Positions 21,547 to 32,305 of a stretch of 64,000 bases of DNA are shown here, one piece after another (the first letter of the stretch is position 1; the number at the start of each line of letters is the position of its first letter). Origin of the DNA: Spirochaetota bacterium (lineage in GTDB: Bacteria; Spirochaetota; UBA4802; JAFGDQ01); contig JAFGDQ010000037.1 in NCBI GenBank assembly GCA_016932015.1, positions 19,918 to 83,917 on the forward strand, in the 5' to 3' direction. A program made the position numbers and the translations under genes. Below the pieces are notes generated by a model. The model was given only the letters and a program-made list of their open reading frames with translations, was not told where the DNA came from and did no database searches.

Positions 21547-22440
21547 ATGACGATAGAAAAAAAAACAGCAAGAGTTACTATAATGAATAAAAATAAAAAA
21601 TTCGTATTAATATTAAATATCTTTTTATTATATTGTTTTTTTATAACTCCGGCTTTTTCCATTTCTACTGCAGTTAAAGCTGAAATGGATTATAAATTAC
21701 TATTGAAACAATTAAGATTTTCCACAATCGCTATTGAAAATTTTGCAAATGCAGAGCAGAAGAAAAAATTTGATGAAATTAAAACGCTTTTCAGAGATGC
21801 CTCAGCAGAACATTATGGTCAGAGATATGAAATTGCCTTTAATAAATTTAATAAAGTTAAAGAAGACCTTTTACCTTTACTTGACGAGCTAACTCTTATT
21901 TACTTAAAAAGATCAAGAGATATACTTGATTCAACAGCAAAACAGGCATTTGACATTATAATCAAATATTCAAATGACACTCCCTTTGCCAAAAATTTTA
22001 AATATCCTTTTGATCCAATTGAGAATAGAAAGGGTTATGATGAGAAGGAATACCATTTTTATTATGACAGAAGCAAAATTGAAAATTTTCTGAATAATGG
22101 CTATCAAAACCTGGCACAGGCAAATATTTTATATAATAATGCAGATTTTATCTACTTAAAAAGTCAGAAGAAAAAAAACCGGGAAGATCTCAATTCGATT
22201 TTGAAGCAATATACAGAAATAATTAAAGTCTGCAGGCTGGCTAAAATGTACGGCATTGAAATTTATAAAATCTTCAATGATGATAAAACCAGTGAAATTT
22301 TAATCAAGCACAGAATCTCTGTAAAAAATATCAAACCGGTTTTTGATGACAGAATACCCGACGACTATAAGCCGGATGCAGCAGACAACGAACTGACAAT
22401 TTTAGACGATGAAAAGAACCTGCACCTACAGAAGGAATAA
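21547..22440 (+). CDS. secreted hypothetical protein
   Basis: 297 aa; N-terminal signal peptide (alternative start at MNKNKK); helical, no recognisable family. Confidence 0.45.
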   Translation: MTIEKKTARVTIMNKNKKFVLILNIFLLYCFFITPAFSISTAVKAEMDYKLLLKQLRFSTIAIENFANAEQKKKFDEIKTLFRDASAEHYGQRYEIAFNKFNKVKEDLLPLLDELTLIYLKRSRDILDSTAKQAFDIIIKYSNDTPFAKNFKYPFDPIENRKGYDEKEYHFYYDRSKIENFLNNGYQNLAQANILYNNADFIYLKSQKKKNREDLNSILKQYTEIIKVCRLAKMYGIEIYKIFNDDKTSEILIKHRISVKNIKPVFDDRIPDDYKPDAADNELTILDDEKNLHLQKE

Positions 22441-22446
22441 TTTAAC

Positions 22447-22917
22447 CTAATCCTTCTGCTTTTTTTCTTTCTTTTCTTTTTTCTCGCTTTTAGCTTTTAA
22501 ATCAACAGTATCTTTTGCCTTTCTTGCTGCTTTTTTCTCGACTAATTCAATCATAGCCATTTCAGCAGCATCACCCGGACGTCTGCCTAAAAGAAAAATT
22601 CTGGTGTATCCGCCTTTTCTTGAAGAAAATCTTGGTGCTATCTCATCGAAAAGCTTCTTAACCGCATCTTCATCTTTAACAACTTTCAACACTATTCGCT
22701 TGTTGTGAAGTTTTTTACCAGAATCAGTATCTTTAAGCTCTGTATTCTTGATAGCTCTGGTAATAAGCTTTTCAGAAATCTTTTTCAGTTCTTTTGCTTT
22801 CTGTTTAGTGGTTACAATGCTTTCTTTTAAATAAAAAGAAGCAAGCATATTGGAGAACATTGCATCTCTATGAGATGGAGTTCTACCTAATTGTTTAACA
22901 TTATTCCGATGTCTCAT
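22447..22917 (-). CDS. rplQ: 50S ribosomal protein L17 (with K/E-rich C-terminal tail)
   Basis: 156 aa; MRHRNNVKQLGRTPSHR; synteny after rpoA. Confidence 0.9.
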   Translation of the reverse strand: MRHRNNVKQLGRTPSHRDAMFSNMLASFYLKESIVTTKQKAKELKKISEKLITRAIKNTELKDTDSGKKLHNKRIVLKVVKDEDAVKKLFDEIAPRFSSRKGGYTRIFLLGRRPGDAAEMAMIELVEKKAARKAKDTVDLKAKSEKKEKKEKKQKD

Positions 22918-22999
22918 TGATCAATCCTTTATGTAATTCACATTAAATATATCTTCATAAATTTGAATACAGCCAACAATCTAAGCAAACCGGGGAATT

Positions 23000-23965
23000 T
23001 TATTCTTTCAGTCCAAGACTTAAATGCAGAGAATCCAGTTTTAGTTTAATTTCTTTCATAATCTGATCGCTATAGTGCTTGGATTTTCTGAACTCATCTT
23101 CAGTCTTTCTTACCAGTTCCTCTAGTAATGATATATCAAGACTTTTGATTGTGTTGTATGCTCTTACTGAGAGCTCAAGCTCATCAATCGATTTCGCAAG
23201 AGTATTTTTAATTCTTTCAACATTCTCGTCTATTACTTCAGCTTCTTCTTCAAGTTCTTCTTCAAAGTTAATAAAAATAGTCAGATGATCCTTGATAATT
23301 TTTGCAGCCTGTGCTACAGCATCCTCAGGAGCTACTGATCCGTCTGTCCAGACTTCAAGAATTAATTTGTCATAGTCCGTCCTTTGTCCTACTCTTGTAT
23401 TCTCAACAATTACATTGACTTTTTTTACCGGCGTAAAATCAGCATCAATAGCTATAACACCAACTGTTTCAGAACTGCCTTTACTTAATTCGGCAGGGAC
23501 ATATCCCCTCCCGCGCTCTACCTGAACTTCCATATCTATAGAACCTTTTTCATTTAAAGTAGCAACATGTATTTCAGGATTCATAACTTCAACATCTGAA
23601 TCTACTTTAAAATCTTCACCGGTTAATTCTCCGGGGCCCTGTTTTACAATATGCAGTACTTTAGGAATTTCGCCTTCATATCTAAATCTGATTTTTTTAA
23701 GATTAAGAATAAGCCTTGTTACATCTTCATAAACACCATCCAGCAAGGCGAACTCATGCGTTATACCTTCAACTTTTATTGCAGTAATACTGCTTCCACT
23801 GACAGATGATAATAATACCCTTCTTAATGAATTTCCGATGGTAAGGCCATAACCCTTTTCAAAAGGTTCTGCGATAAACCGGCCGTAATCTTTCTGGACC
23901 TCATCGTGTTCAAATACAATTTTATTTGGTCTTTTAAAACCTTTTAATAGGCTTTTAGGAGCCAT
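23000..23965 (-). CDS. rpoA: DNA-directed RNA polymerase subunit alpha
   Basis: 321 aa; N-terminal dimerisation domain and C-terminal alpha-CTD; synteny. Confidence 0.92.
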   Translation of the reverse strand: MAPKSLLKGFKRPNKIVFEHDEVQKDYGRFIAEPFEKGYGLTIGNSLRRVLLSSVSGSSITAIKVEGITHEFALLDGVYEDVTRLILNLKKIRFRYEGEIPKVLHIVKQGPGELTGEDFKVDSDVEVMNPEIHVATLNEKGSIDMEVQVERGRGYVPAELSKGSSETVGVIAIDADFTPVKKVNVIVENTRVGQRTDYDKLILEVWTDGSVAPEDAVAQAAKIIKDHLTIFINFEEELEEEAEVIDENVERIKNTLAKSIDELELSVRAYNTIKSLDISLLEELVRKTEDEFRKSKHYSDQIMKEIKLKLDSLHLSLGLKE

Positions 23966-24051
23966 TCAAACCTCCATGAATACGTAAATAAACGTAACTA
24001 ATAAATATAAAAAATATTTTTTGAAAAGGGGAAATTATTATAAACCTAATA

Positions 24052-24684
24052 TTATTTAGAGTAAAGCTCAATAACCAGTCTTTCATTATAATTTTCAGTA
24101 ATATCCTGACGTGCAGGCAGTCTCAAAACCTTTCCCTTTGCATTGTCAAATTCGACTTCTACCCATTCCGGAGCTGAATTAGTGGCTTTTGATAATTTTA
24201 TTGAATCTTTTATCATTAAATTTTCTTTGAATTTAGGTTTAACTTCAACCTCCGTTCCTTCAGTTACAATAAAAGAACATACATCCACTATTCGACCGTT
24301 TACCAGTATTTGTCTGTGATTAACAAGCTGTCTGGCCTGCATCCTTGAAGATGCAAATCCCATCCTGTAAACTACATTATCAAGTCTTCTTTCGAGTAAG
24401 ACGAGCATATTCTCACCTGTTACGCCACGCATTCTTGTAGACTTTTCAAAGACCCTTCTGAACTGGCTTTCAAGCAGTCCGTAACTTCTCTTAATTTTTT
24501 GTTTTTCCCTGAGCTGGATAGCATATTCAGAGAATTTAGATCTTCTGTTTTTCTTAGGTAATCCTGGTGGATATTTTTTCTTTTTAACTGCGCATTTATC
24601 TGTAAGACATCTCTGCCCTTTGAGCATCAAAGGCATACCTTCGCGTCTGCATAATTTACATGATGGTCCTGTATATTTTGCCAT
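24052..24684 (-). CDS. rpsD: 30S ribosomal protein S4
   Basis: 210 aa; MAKYTGPSCKLCRREG. Confidence 0.92.
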   Translation of the reverse strand: MAKYTGPSCKLCRREGMPLMLKGQRCLTDKCAVKKKKYPPGLPKKNRRSKFSEYAIQLREKQKIKRSYGLLESQFRRVFEKSTRMRGVTGENMLVLLERRLDNVVYRMGFASSRMQARQLVNHRQILVNGRIVDVCSFIVTEGTEVEVKPKFKENLMIKDSIKLSKATNSAPEWVEVEFDNAKGKVLRLPARQDITENYNERLVIELYSK

Positions 24685-24704
24685 AATTCCTCTTTCTGAA
24701 TAAA

Positions 24705-25094
24705 TTATACCCTTCTTCTTTTTGGCGGCCTGCAGCCGTTATGCGGAATAGGTGTTATATCTTTAATTTTTGTTATATTCAATCCGGCCTGTGCTAATGA
24801 CCTTATAGCAGCCTCTCTTCCTATGCCAGGTCCCTTTACAAATACTTCTATCATTCTAAGACCTGCACTATCAATAGCTTTCTGAGCAGCTTCATTTGAA
24901 GCTATCTGCGCAGCATAAGGAGTAGATTTTCTGGAGCCTTTAAATCCCTGTCCTCCGGCTGATGCCCATGAAATGACATTGCCTTCCATATCAGTTAAAG
25001 TAATTATTGTATTATTATATGTAGCCTGTATAAATGCTTTTCCAACAGGCACATTTTTTTTCTCTTTTCTTTTTTTTGATTTCTTCTGTTTCAA
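24705..25094 (-). CDS. rpsK: 30S ribosomal protein S11
   Basis: 129 aa; conserved S11 core. Confidence 0.92.
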   Translation of the reverse strand: MKQKKSKKRKEKKNVPVGKAFIQATYNNTIITLTDMEGNVISWASAGGQGFKGSRKSTPYAAQIASNEAAQKAIDSAGLRMIEVFVKGPGIGREAAIRSLAQAGLNITKIKDITPIPHNGCRPPKRRRV

Positions 25095-25109
25095 TTGATG
25101 ACCTCTGAT

Positions 25110-25472
25110 TTAACTCTTTCTTCCTGATCTTCTACGCGATTTACAGGTTTTTGCGTTATTTTTGGTATTCTGACCTCTTAATGGAAGCCCCATTCTATGT
25201 CTTCGCCCTCTATAGCAACCGATATCCATTAGTCGTTTAATATTAAATGCAACTTCAGTTCTCAGATCCCCTTCGACCTTGGTTGTCTGATCAATCGTTT
25301 TTCTAATTGTATTTATTTCATCATCTGTTAAATCTTTAACTCTTTTGTCAGGATCTATACCACTTGCTTCAATAATTTTATTAGCAGTAGTAAGTCCGAT
25401 TCCATAAATATAAGTTAACGCAATCTGAATTCTTTTGTTTGCAGGAAGGTCAACTCCTGATATCCTTGCCAT
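25110..25472 (-). CDS. rpsM: 30S ribosomal protein S13
   Basis: 120 aa; [10 protein letters not shown]. Confidence 0.92.
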   Translation of the reverse strand: MARISGVDLPANKRIQIALTYIYGIGLTTANKIIEASGIDPDKRVKDLTDDEINTIRKTIDQTTKVEGDLRTEVAFNIKRLMDIGCYRGRRHRMGLPLRGQNTKNNAKTCKSRRRSGRKS

Positions 25473-25509
25473 ATATTTACCTTTTTTTATATAATATATT
25501 AATAATATC

Positions 25510-25641
25510 TTATTTTTTTACTTTTCTTTTTTTCTGTCTTTGCTTATGCCGCGCATTCTTGCATATAACACGGATTACTCCGTGTCTTTTTATAACTTTA
25601 CAATCACTGCATATTTTTTTTACACTTACTCTAACTTTCAT
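25510..25641 (-). CDS. rpmJ: 50S ribosomal protein L36 (zinc form)
   Basis: not in ORF track (<60 aa); hand-translated [43 protein letters not shown]; coordinates counted manually, plus or minus 1. Confidence 0.85.
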   Translation of the reverse strand: MKVRVSVKKICSDCKVIKRHGVIRVICKNARHKQRQKKRKVKK

Positions 25642-25699
25642 TTGTTCCTCTTACGAATATGAACAGGACATAAAAAATGTTTTTGAAAAATGCCCGATT

Positions 25700-25921
25700 C
25701 TACTTTGATCTATAAGTAATTCTCCCTCTTGTTAAATCATAAGGAGATAATTCTACAGTCACTTTGTCACCCGGAAGAATTCTTATATAATGCATTCTCA
25801 TCTTACCGGAAATGTGAGCAAGTACAATAGCATCATTGGTATCCAATTTAACTCTGAACATTGCGTTGGGCAACGGCTCAACCACAACTCCTTCAACTTC
25901 TATTGGTTCTTCTTTTGCCAT
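25700..25921 (-). CDS. infA: translation initiation factor IF-1
   Basis: 73 aa; S1-like fold; synteny. Confidence 0.92.
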   Translation of the reverse strand: MAKEEPIEVEGVVVEPLPNAMFRVKLDTNDAIVLAHISGKMRMHYIRILPGDKVTVELSPYDLTRGRITYRSK

Positions 25922-25993
25922 ATTTTTAATATAAAATTGCCTTTAATCTAACATATCAAATACAAACCGTAATATTGATATAAAAATTAAAAA

Positions 25994-26758
25994 CTAATTA
26001 AACGTTTTACCTCGTGTTAAAATCTTTGCACTACCGTCTAAAATCGCTACAGTATGCTCAAAATGAGCCGAATTCATTTTATCCTTTGTTACTACTGTCC
26101 ATCCATCGCTTAATACATCTACATCATAAGTGCCTATATTTATCATAGGCTCAATTGCAAAAACCATACCATTTTTTATTCTCGGGCCTTTACCTTTTTC
26201 TCCAAAATTAGGTATTGAAGGTTCTTCATGCAGATTGGCACCAATTCCGTGCCCTACAAACTCCCTTACCGGTGAAAATCCGTATTTTGTTACATGCTGC
26301 TCTACTGCATTGGAAATATCGGATATCCTGTTTCCTACTTTGCTGTTATCAATTCCTTTGTAAAGAGACTCTCTTGTTACCTCTATCAGCTTTTGTGTCT
26401 CTTTATCAATTGCTCCAATGCTGAAAGTTCTGGCTGAATCACCATAAAATCCTTTATAGTGAACCCCCATATCAATACCGATTATATCACCATTCGCTAA
26501 TTTAATGTTTTTATCAGGTATCCCATGAACAACAACTTCATTTTTTGAAGCACATATTGCTCCGGGAAATCCCCGATACCCAAGAAATGCCGGTTTAGCA
26601 TTATACTCAGCAATCTTCTCCTGAGCAAAAGCATCTAATTCATAAGTAGAAATGCCAACTTTAATTATTCTCTCAATATCGTCAAGTACTCTTGCAGTAA
26701 TTAAACAGGCTTCTTCAATAATACTAATTTCATCAATACTGTATGTATAAATTCCCAA
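25994..26758 (-). CDS. map: methionine aminopeptidase
   Basis: 254 aa; metal-binding D..D..H..E..E residues. Confidence 0.9.
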   Translation of the reverse strand: MGIYTYSIDEISIIEEACLITARVLDDIERIIKVGISTYELDAFAQEKIAEYNAKPAFLGYRGFPGAICASKNEVVVHGIPDKNIKLANGDIIGIDMGVHYKGFYGDSARTFSIGAIDKETQKLIEVTRESLYKGIDNSKVGNRISDISNAVEQHVTKYGFSPVREFVGHGIGANLHEEPSIPNFGEKGKGPRIKNGMVFAIEPMINIGTYDVDVLSDGWTVVTKDKMNSAHFEHTVAILDGSAKILTRGKTFN

Positions 26759-26799
26759 AAAAAAATCCTTTATTCAAAAATATTATATTATAGCGGGAA

Positions 26800-28146
26800 T
26801 CAGGAATATCTTCCTTTTATCCGGCCCTTTTTAGAAAAGCCGTCATAATGTCTCATCATCAACTGCGATTCAATCTGCTTTACCGTATCAAGCGCAACAC
26901 CAACTATGATAAGAAGTGATGTACCGCCAAATAAATACGCCATTTCCGGAGAAATTTCTTCCGGCCATATTCTCATTATAAAGTCCGGTACAATAGCAAT
27001 AACTGCAAGGAATATTGAACCCGAAAGTGTAACTCTATTTAATATTCGCATAATAAAGTCAGAAGTTTTTTGACCAGGCCTGATTCCGGGAATAAAACCG
27101 CCGTATTTCTTAAGATTTTCAGCTATATCAACAGGATTAAACTGAATCGCAGTGTAAAAATAACAAAAGAAAATAATCAGTAATCCGTAAAATATCATGT
27201 ACGAAATCTGCCCCGGCGAAAGCCAGAACTGAATCTTATTAAATATTGCATACTTATTAACACCCAGCATATTACCAAACTGAGAGGGAAGTAAAACAAT
27301 TGATGAAGCAAAAATGATCGGAATAACACCCGCTGCATTTACTCTAAGAGGTATTGCCTGTGATTTCATCTGTACCATTCGACGGCCGACAACTCTTTTA
27401 CCGTATTGTACAGGTATTTTCCGGACTCCAAGCGTTAGTAAAATACTCGCAGCAGTTACACCAAAAAATAATACAAGCAGAATTATAAGTAAAATCGGAT
27501 TTCCGCGATCGATTATTCGATTTGCTGTTTCCACAACTGCTGCAGGAACCCTTACAACAATACCGGCAAAAATAATTAATGAAATTCCATTCCCAATTCC
27601 TTTCTCTGTAATTAGTTCTCCTAACCACATTAAAATCAGAGTACCTGTTGTAATTGCAGCTACAGCTATAATAACAAACATAATACCGGAATCTTTAGGT
27701 ACAACTGCTCCTTTTGAAGATGACATTGATCTCATCCAGAAGGTCAGACCTAAGGACTGTAATGCACAAATTATAACCGTCCCATATCTTGTATACTGAT
27801 TTATTTTTTTACGACCTTCCGCTCCTTCTTTTGCCAGTCTTTCAAGAGCCGGAATGACAACGTTTAACAATTGCATAATAATTGAAGCCGTAATATACGG
27901 CATAATTCCTAGTGCAAAAATAGTAAATCGTTTCAAAGCACCACCTGCAAACAGGTCGAATAAATTCAGGATACCTCCGCTTCCACTTTTGGCCATCTGT
28001 TCAAAATAACCCTTTAAGGCTTCAACATTTATGCCGGGAATCGGGATATGACAACCAATCCTGTAAATTATCAGAATAATTAGTGTAAATAGTATCCTGT
28101 TGCGAAGCTCCGGAACCTTAAAAATATTTACTATTGCATTAGCCAT
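26800..28146 (-). CDS. secY: preprotein translocase subunit SecY
   Basis: 448 aa; ten TM helices; synteny. Confidence 0.92.
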   Translation of the reverse strand: MANAIVNIFKVPELRNRILFTLIILIIYRIGCHIPIPGINVEALKGYFEQMAKSGSGGILNLFDLFAGGALKRFTIFALGIMPYITASIIMQLLNVVIPALERLAKEGAEGRKKINQYTRYGTVIICALQSLGLTFWMRSMSSSKGAVVPKDSGIMFVIIAVAAITTGTLILMWLGELITEKGIGNGISLIIFAGIVVRVPAAVVETANRIIDRGNPILLIILLVLFFGVTAASILLTLGVRKIPVQYGKRVVGRRMVQMKSQAIPLRVNAAGVIPIIFASSIVLLPSQFGNMLGVNKYAIFNKIQFWLSPGQISYMIFYGLLIIFFCYFYTAIQFNPVDIAENLKKYGGFIPGIRPGQKTSDFIMRILNRVTLSGSIFLAVIAIVPDFIMRIWPEEISPEMAYLFGGTSLLIIVGVALDTVKQIESQLMMRHYDGFSKKGRIKGRYS

Positions 28147-28158
28147 AATATTAGTATC

Positions 28159-28644
28159 TTATGCCTTTTCTGGATTGTCTGAATTCATTTGAGACTTATT
28201 TATAGATTCTCTAATAATTACTTTACCGCCGGCTGATTCAATACCCTTTACAGCTGTTGCCGAAAAAGCATCAGCTGTAATCGTAACCGGTTTTGATAAT
28301 TCTCCTTTGCCGAGAACCTTGACCAATTTATCTGCTTTTTGAATAACTTTATTTTCTACAAGTACTTCCGGTGTTACTTCACTTACACCTATATTTATCA
28401 AATTCGAGAGATTTATTATCTGAAAACTTTTTTTGAAGTTATTATTAAAACCTCTTTTGGGAATTCTTCTTTGTAAAGGCATTTGTCCGCCTTCAAACCA
28501 GACTCTCTTTTTCGCCCCGGACCTGGAAAGCTGTCCCTTTTGTCCTCTGCAGCTTGTTTTACCATGTCCGCTGCTTGGTCCCCTGCCTACTCTTTTCCTG
28601 CTTTTGCTGGATTCAGGCCTGTTAAGTGAATAGTTCTCTTCCAT
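28159..28644 (-). CDS. rplO: 50S ribosomal protein L15
   Basis: 161 aa. Confidence 0.9.
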   Translation of the reverse strand: MEENYSLNRPESSKSRKRVGRGPSSGHGKTSCRGQKGQLSRSGAKKRVWFEGGQMPLQRRIPKRGFNNNFKKSFQIINLSNLINIGVSEVTPEVLVENKVIQKADKLVKVLGKGELSKPVTITADAFSATAVKGIESAGGKVIIRESINKSQMNSDNPEKA

Positions 28645-28665
28645 TTATATATACCCGGCGTTATA

Positions 28666-28854
28666 TTATTTGCTTAATTCCTTGACTTCAACTAAATGCT
28701 TAACTTTATCGATCATACCTTTGATAACTGCAGAATCTTCATGTGTCCGCTCAGCATTTAGTCTTCTGAGTCCAAGAGCCTTTAAAGTTGCTCTTTGCTT
28801 TGGTTTTGTACCAATATTGCTTTTGATCTGCTTAATAACAATCTGCTTAGACAT
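28666..28854 (-). CDS. rpmD: 50S ribosomal protein L30
   Basis: 62 aa. Confidence 0.88.
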   Translation of the reverse strand: MSKQIVIKQIKSNIGTKPKQRATLKALGLRRLNAERTHEDSAVIKGMIDKVKHLVEVKELSK

Positions 28855-29383
28855 TGTTTTCTTTCTCGGAATCCATTAATTTATTTAAAGGTATTTCTCT
28901 TAAATCTGCGACTTCTTTTAAACTTCTAAGTTGCAATAATCCGTCAAATGTTGCCTTTGCTATATTTAACGGATTTCGGGAACCCTGAGACTTAGTCAAT
29001 ATATCAGATATTCCTGCTTTTTCAACAACTGCCCTGACTGATGCCCCGGCGATAATTCCGGTTCCGGGAGAAGCAGGTTTAAGTAAGACTTTAGCAGATT
29101 TAAATCTTCCAATTACTTCATGAGGAATTGTATTTTTATTCAAATTAATTTTAAAAATTCTTCTTTTGGCATTTTCAACACTTTTTCGAATCGCATCAGG
29201 AACTTCATTAGCTTTACCAAAGTCTAATCCAATATTGCCTTTCTCATCACCAACAACTGCAAGCGCATTGAAAGAGAAGCGGCGTCCACCTTTAACAACT
29301 TTTGCAACACGATTAATAACAATAACCTTTTCAGTTAATTCTAACTCTTCTTTATTTTTAATTGGATGTCTTTGTATTTTCAT
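28847..29383 (-). CDS. rpsE: 30S ribosomal protein S5
   Basis: 178 aa. Confidence 0.92.
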   Translation of the reverse strand: MKIQRHPIKNKEELELTEKVIVINRVAKVVKGGRRFSFNALAVVGDEKGNIGLDFGKANEVPDAIRKSVENAKRRIFKINLNKNTIPHEVIGRFKSAKVLLKPASPGTGIIAGASVRAVVEKAGISDILTKSQGSRNPLNIAKATFDGLLQLRSLKEVADLREIPLNKLMDSEKENNV

Positions 29384-29391
29384 TTAGTCCT

Positions 29392-29757
29392 CTAAAATTC
29401 CAGTCCATTTTCTCTTGCTGAATCAGCTAATGCTTTTATCTTTCCATGATAAAGATAACCGTTTCTGTCAAAAACGACCTTTTTTATTCCTTTTTCGATA
29501 GCACGCTCAGCAAGCATTTTTCCTAATGCTTTAGCCGCCTCAATATTACATTTGCTTTTCATAGACGGAAATGATTTTTCCTGAGTTGATGCTGCCAGGA
29601 CTGTGTGGTCTTTGGTATCATCAATTATCTGACAGTAAAAATTTTTATTACTTCTGTAGATACACAGCCTTAATCTTTCGTCAGTTGATTTGACTTTTTG
29701 TTTGATTCTGATACGTCTTCTGTCAAATCTCTTCTTTTTTAATGAAAGTCTATCCAT
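29392..29757 (-). CDS. rplR: 50S ribosomal protein L18
   Basis: 121 aa. Confidence 0.9.
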   Translation of the reverse strand: MDRLSLKKKRFDRRRIRIKQKVKSTDERLRLCIYRSNKNFYCQIIDDTKDHTVLAASTQEKSFPSMKSKCNIEAAKALGKMLAERAIEKGIKKVVFDRNGYLYHGKIKALADSARENGLEF

Positions 29758-30302
29758 TATGCTTTACCTGCTTTACCTGCTTTTCTCTTTATATATTCGT
29801 CTTTATATCTGATGCCCTTTCCTTTATAAGGTTCCGGCGGGCGGAGTTTCCTAATATTAGCTGCTACCTGACCGACCTGTTGTTTGTTGACACCAAAGAC
29901 TTCAAGCTTCGTTGGTTCAAGAACTTTAACTTCTATTCCTTCAGGCGGTTGAAATGTGATGCTATGTGAATATCCAACAAAAATTTCAACATTTTTATTC
30001 TGCTGTGCTGCTCTATATCCAACGCCAACTATTTCGAGTTCTTTTTTAAATCCCTTTGAAACGCCTTCCACTATATTGCTTATCAAGCTCCTGAATAAAC
30101 CATGATAAGCTGACAATTTTTTATCAGTCTCGTCGCCAGTTTTAAGTACGGTTAGCACTTTATCTTCTATCTTACAATCAATACCATCAAGTAGAGAGAT
30201 GCTTTCTGCTCCAAGGCCGCCTTTTACATGCAACTCTCGGTTACTAAGCTGAATCTCTACACCTTCAGGTATTTCAATAATTTTTTTTCCTATTCGTGAC
30301 AT
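29757..30302 (-). CDS. rplF: 50S ribosomal protein L6
   Basis: 181 aa. Confidence 0.92.
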   Translation of the reverse strand: MSRIGKKIIEIPEGVEIQLSNRELHVKGGLGAESISLLDGIDCKIEDKVLTVLKTGDETDKKLSAYHGLFRSLISNIVEGVSKGFKKELEIVGVGYRAAQQNKNVEIFVGYSHSITFQPPEGIEVKVLEPTKLEVFGVNKQQVGQVAANIRKLRPPEPYKGKGIRYKDEYIKRKAGKAGKA

Positions 30303-30316
30303 CTCTTTATCTCGCC

Positions 30317-30718
30317 TTAAGAAATCTTACAGAGTACTTCACCGCCAACATTTAACTTTTTAGCAGCTTTATTTGTTACAACTCCTTTAGAAGTTGAAAG
30401 AATCCATATTCCAATATTATTCAAAATGGGTTTTAAATCTCCGGCATTTGTGTAAACGCGTCTTCCAGGCTTACTTACCCTTTCAAGAGAAAGTATAACA
30501 GGCTGTTTGTCTGGACCGTATTTTAAATATATTCTCAATATTTTCTGTTTTTTATCATCAAGAATTTTAAAATTCTTAATAAAGCCTTCATTCTTTAGAA
30601 TTCTGGCTATGGAAATTTTTAATTTTGAAGAAGGAGTGTCAACTCGTAAGTGACCGGCCTTCAATGCATTACGGATTCTTGTTAAAAGATCCGCTATTGG
30701 GTCGGATAATAAACTCAT
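30317..30718 (-). CDS. rpsH: 30S ribosomal protein S8
   Basis: 133 aa. Confidence 0.92.
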   Translation of the reverse strand: MSLLSDPIADLLTRIRNALKAGHLRVDTPSSKLKISIARILKNEGFIKNFKILDDKKQKILRIYLKYGPDKQPVILSLERVSKPGRRVYTNAGDLKPILNNIGIWILSTSKGVVTNKAAKKLNVGGEVLCKIS

Positions 30719-30736
30719 AATACCACCTTTACTCTT

Positions 30737-30922
30737 TTACCAGGATGATTTAATAACGCCGGGAATTTTCCCATCAGATGCGAGATTTCTGAAACAAATC
30801 CTGCAGATATCAAATCTTCTCAGATATCCTCTAGGCCTTCCACAAATTAAGCATCTGTTATATTGCCTGACGTTGAATTTTGCTTTTCGTTTTTGCTTTG
30901 CAATAATACTTTTCTTTGCCAA
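30737..30922 (-). CDS. rpsN: 30S ribosomal protein S14 type Z (zinc-binding, 61 aa)
   Basis: C-terminal 61 aa of track ORF 30737..30979; (L)[26 protein letters not shown] matches 61-aa type-Z S14; TTG start inferred 4 nt after rplE stop; ATG at 30959-30961 is an overlapping alternative. Confidence 0.85.
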   Translation of the reverse strand: MAKKSIIAKQKRKAKFNVRQYNRCLICGRPRGYLRRFDICRICFRNLASDGKIPGVIKSSW

Positions 30923-30926
30923 AACT

Positions 30927-31475
30927 TTACCCCTGTTGTCTAAACGGCATACCAAATTCATCAAGAAGGGCTTTTGCATCTTCCCTCTTCCTGCTGTTGG
31001 TAACTATCGTAATATTAATTCCGTGTATTTTTTCGACATTGTCAAAGTCGATTTCAGGGAACACTATCTGTTCCATTACTGAAAAATTATAATTCCCAAA
31101 ATTGTCAAAAGATTTAGGAGATAAACCTCTGAAGTCTCTCACCCTTGGCAAAGTTATATTTATTAACCTGTCAAGAAACTCGTACATCCGGTCTCCTCTT
31201 AGAGTTACCCTGCATCCAACTTCATAGCCTTCTCTAATCTTAAAGTTGGAGATAGGTTTCTTTGCAAGTGTTTTTACTGATTTCTGCCCTGTAACCAGAG
31301 TCAGTTCATCCAGTGCTGCATTTAATGCATTTGAATTTGAATGCGCATCTCCAATCCCTACGTTTAAAACAATCTTTTCCAGTTTCGGAACCTGCATAAT
31401 TGACTTGCAATTTAATTTATCTTTAAGATTCTTCTTAACTTGTGTATTATATAATTCTCTTAATCTGGCTGCCAT
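30927..31475 (-). CDS. rplE: 50S ribosomal protein L5
   Basis: 182 aa. Confidence 0.92.
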   Translation of the reverse strand: MAARLRELYNTQVKKNLKDKLNCKSIMQVPKLEKIVLNVGIGDAHSNSNALNAALDELTLVTGQKSVKTLAKKPISNFKIREGYEVGCRVTLRGDRMYEFLDRLINITLPRVRDFRGLSPKSFDNFGNYNFSVMEQIVFPEIDFDNVEKIHGINITIVTNSRKREDAKALLDEFGMPFRQQG

Positions 31476-31487
31476 AGTTTATCACCA

Positions 31488-31805
31488 CTAATCGAAACTT
31501 TTCCCGCATTTTCTGCAAACACGTATAGAACTGTCATTTTTATCCTGCATACCTATTCGCACACCTATTTTGCATTTGTCGCAAAAATACTGAACATTTG
31601 AGATATGTATTGGATATTCCAGACTTATTACTCCACCTTTTGGATATTCCTGGGACGGTCTGACAAATTTTTTCTTTTTGTTGACACCTTCAACCACAAT
31701 TTTCCCTTTTTTTCTGTCAACAAAAAGTACTTTTCCGGATTGTCCCTGGTTGGCTCCTGAAATAACGACAACTGTATCATCCTTCTTTAATCTTGTTTTA
31801 ATCAT
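31488..31805 (-). CDS. rplX: 50S ribosomal protein L24 (with C-terminal CxxC..CxxC segment)
   Basis: 105 aa; KOW domain N-terminus; C-terminal CDKC...CRKC. Confidence 0.9.
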   Translation of the reverse strand: MIKTRLKKDDTVVVISGANQGQSGKVLFVDRKKGKIVVEGVNKKKKFVRPSQEYPKGGVISLEYPIHISNVQYFCDKCKIGVRIGMQDKNDSSIRVCRKCGKSFD

Positions 31806-31902
31806 TATTTAATTTACCTGTTTTTATAACTTCAAACAATAAATACCAAATTTAAAAATATAATTTTAAAAAATTACTAACCGCCTGCTGTTCTGCAACT
31901 GA

Positions 31903-32295
31903 TCAGAGTACTTCAGGAGCAAGTGCTACTATTTTTAAAAAATTACGTTTCCTTAATTCACGTGCGACAGGACCAAAAATTCTGGATCCTCTCGGCTCAC
32001 CTTTTGCGTCGATAATTGCAACAGCATTATCATCAAATTTAATATAGGAGCCGTCCTCTCTTCTAACAGGCTTTTTTGTTCTTACGATTACAGCTTTTAA
32101 AACTGCTTTTGTATGTACTTTTTTACCTGTACTGTCTTTTAAGCCATAAGACGGTTGAGAATCTTTAACAGCAACAACAATAATATCCCCGACGGTCGCA
32201 TACCTTCTTTTAGTACCGCCCAGTATTTTAATACACTGCACCTTCTTTACACCGCTGTTATCAGCAACATCGAGCATTGTTTCTACTTGAATCAT
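31903..32295 (-). CDS. rplN: 50S ribosomal protein L14
   Basis: 130 aa. Confidence 0.92.
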   Translation of the reverse strand: MIQVETMLDVADNSGVKKVQCIKILGGTKRRYATVGDIIVVAVKDSQPSYGLKDSTGKKVHTKAVLKAVIVRTKKPVRREDGSYIKFDDNAVAIIDAKGEPRGSRIFGPVARELRKRNFLKIVALAPEVL

Positions 32296-32305
32296 GATAA
32301 AAATC

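Noticed and set aside
30923-30979. Longer 80-aa form of S14 starting at the track ATG
   Set aside because: It would overlap rplE by over 35 bp and add a non-conserved N-terminus. The 61-aa type-Z form with a TTG start matches known rpsZ length exactly.
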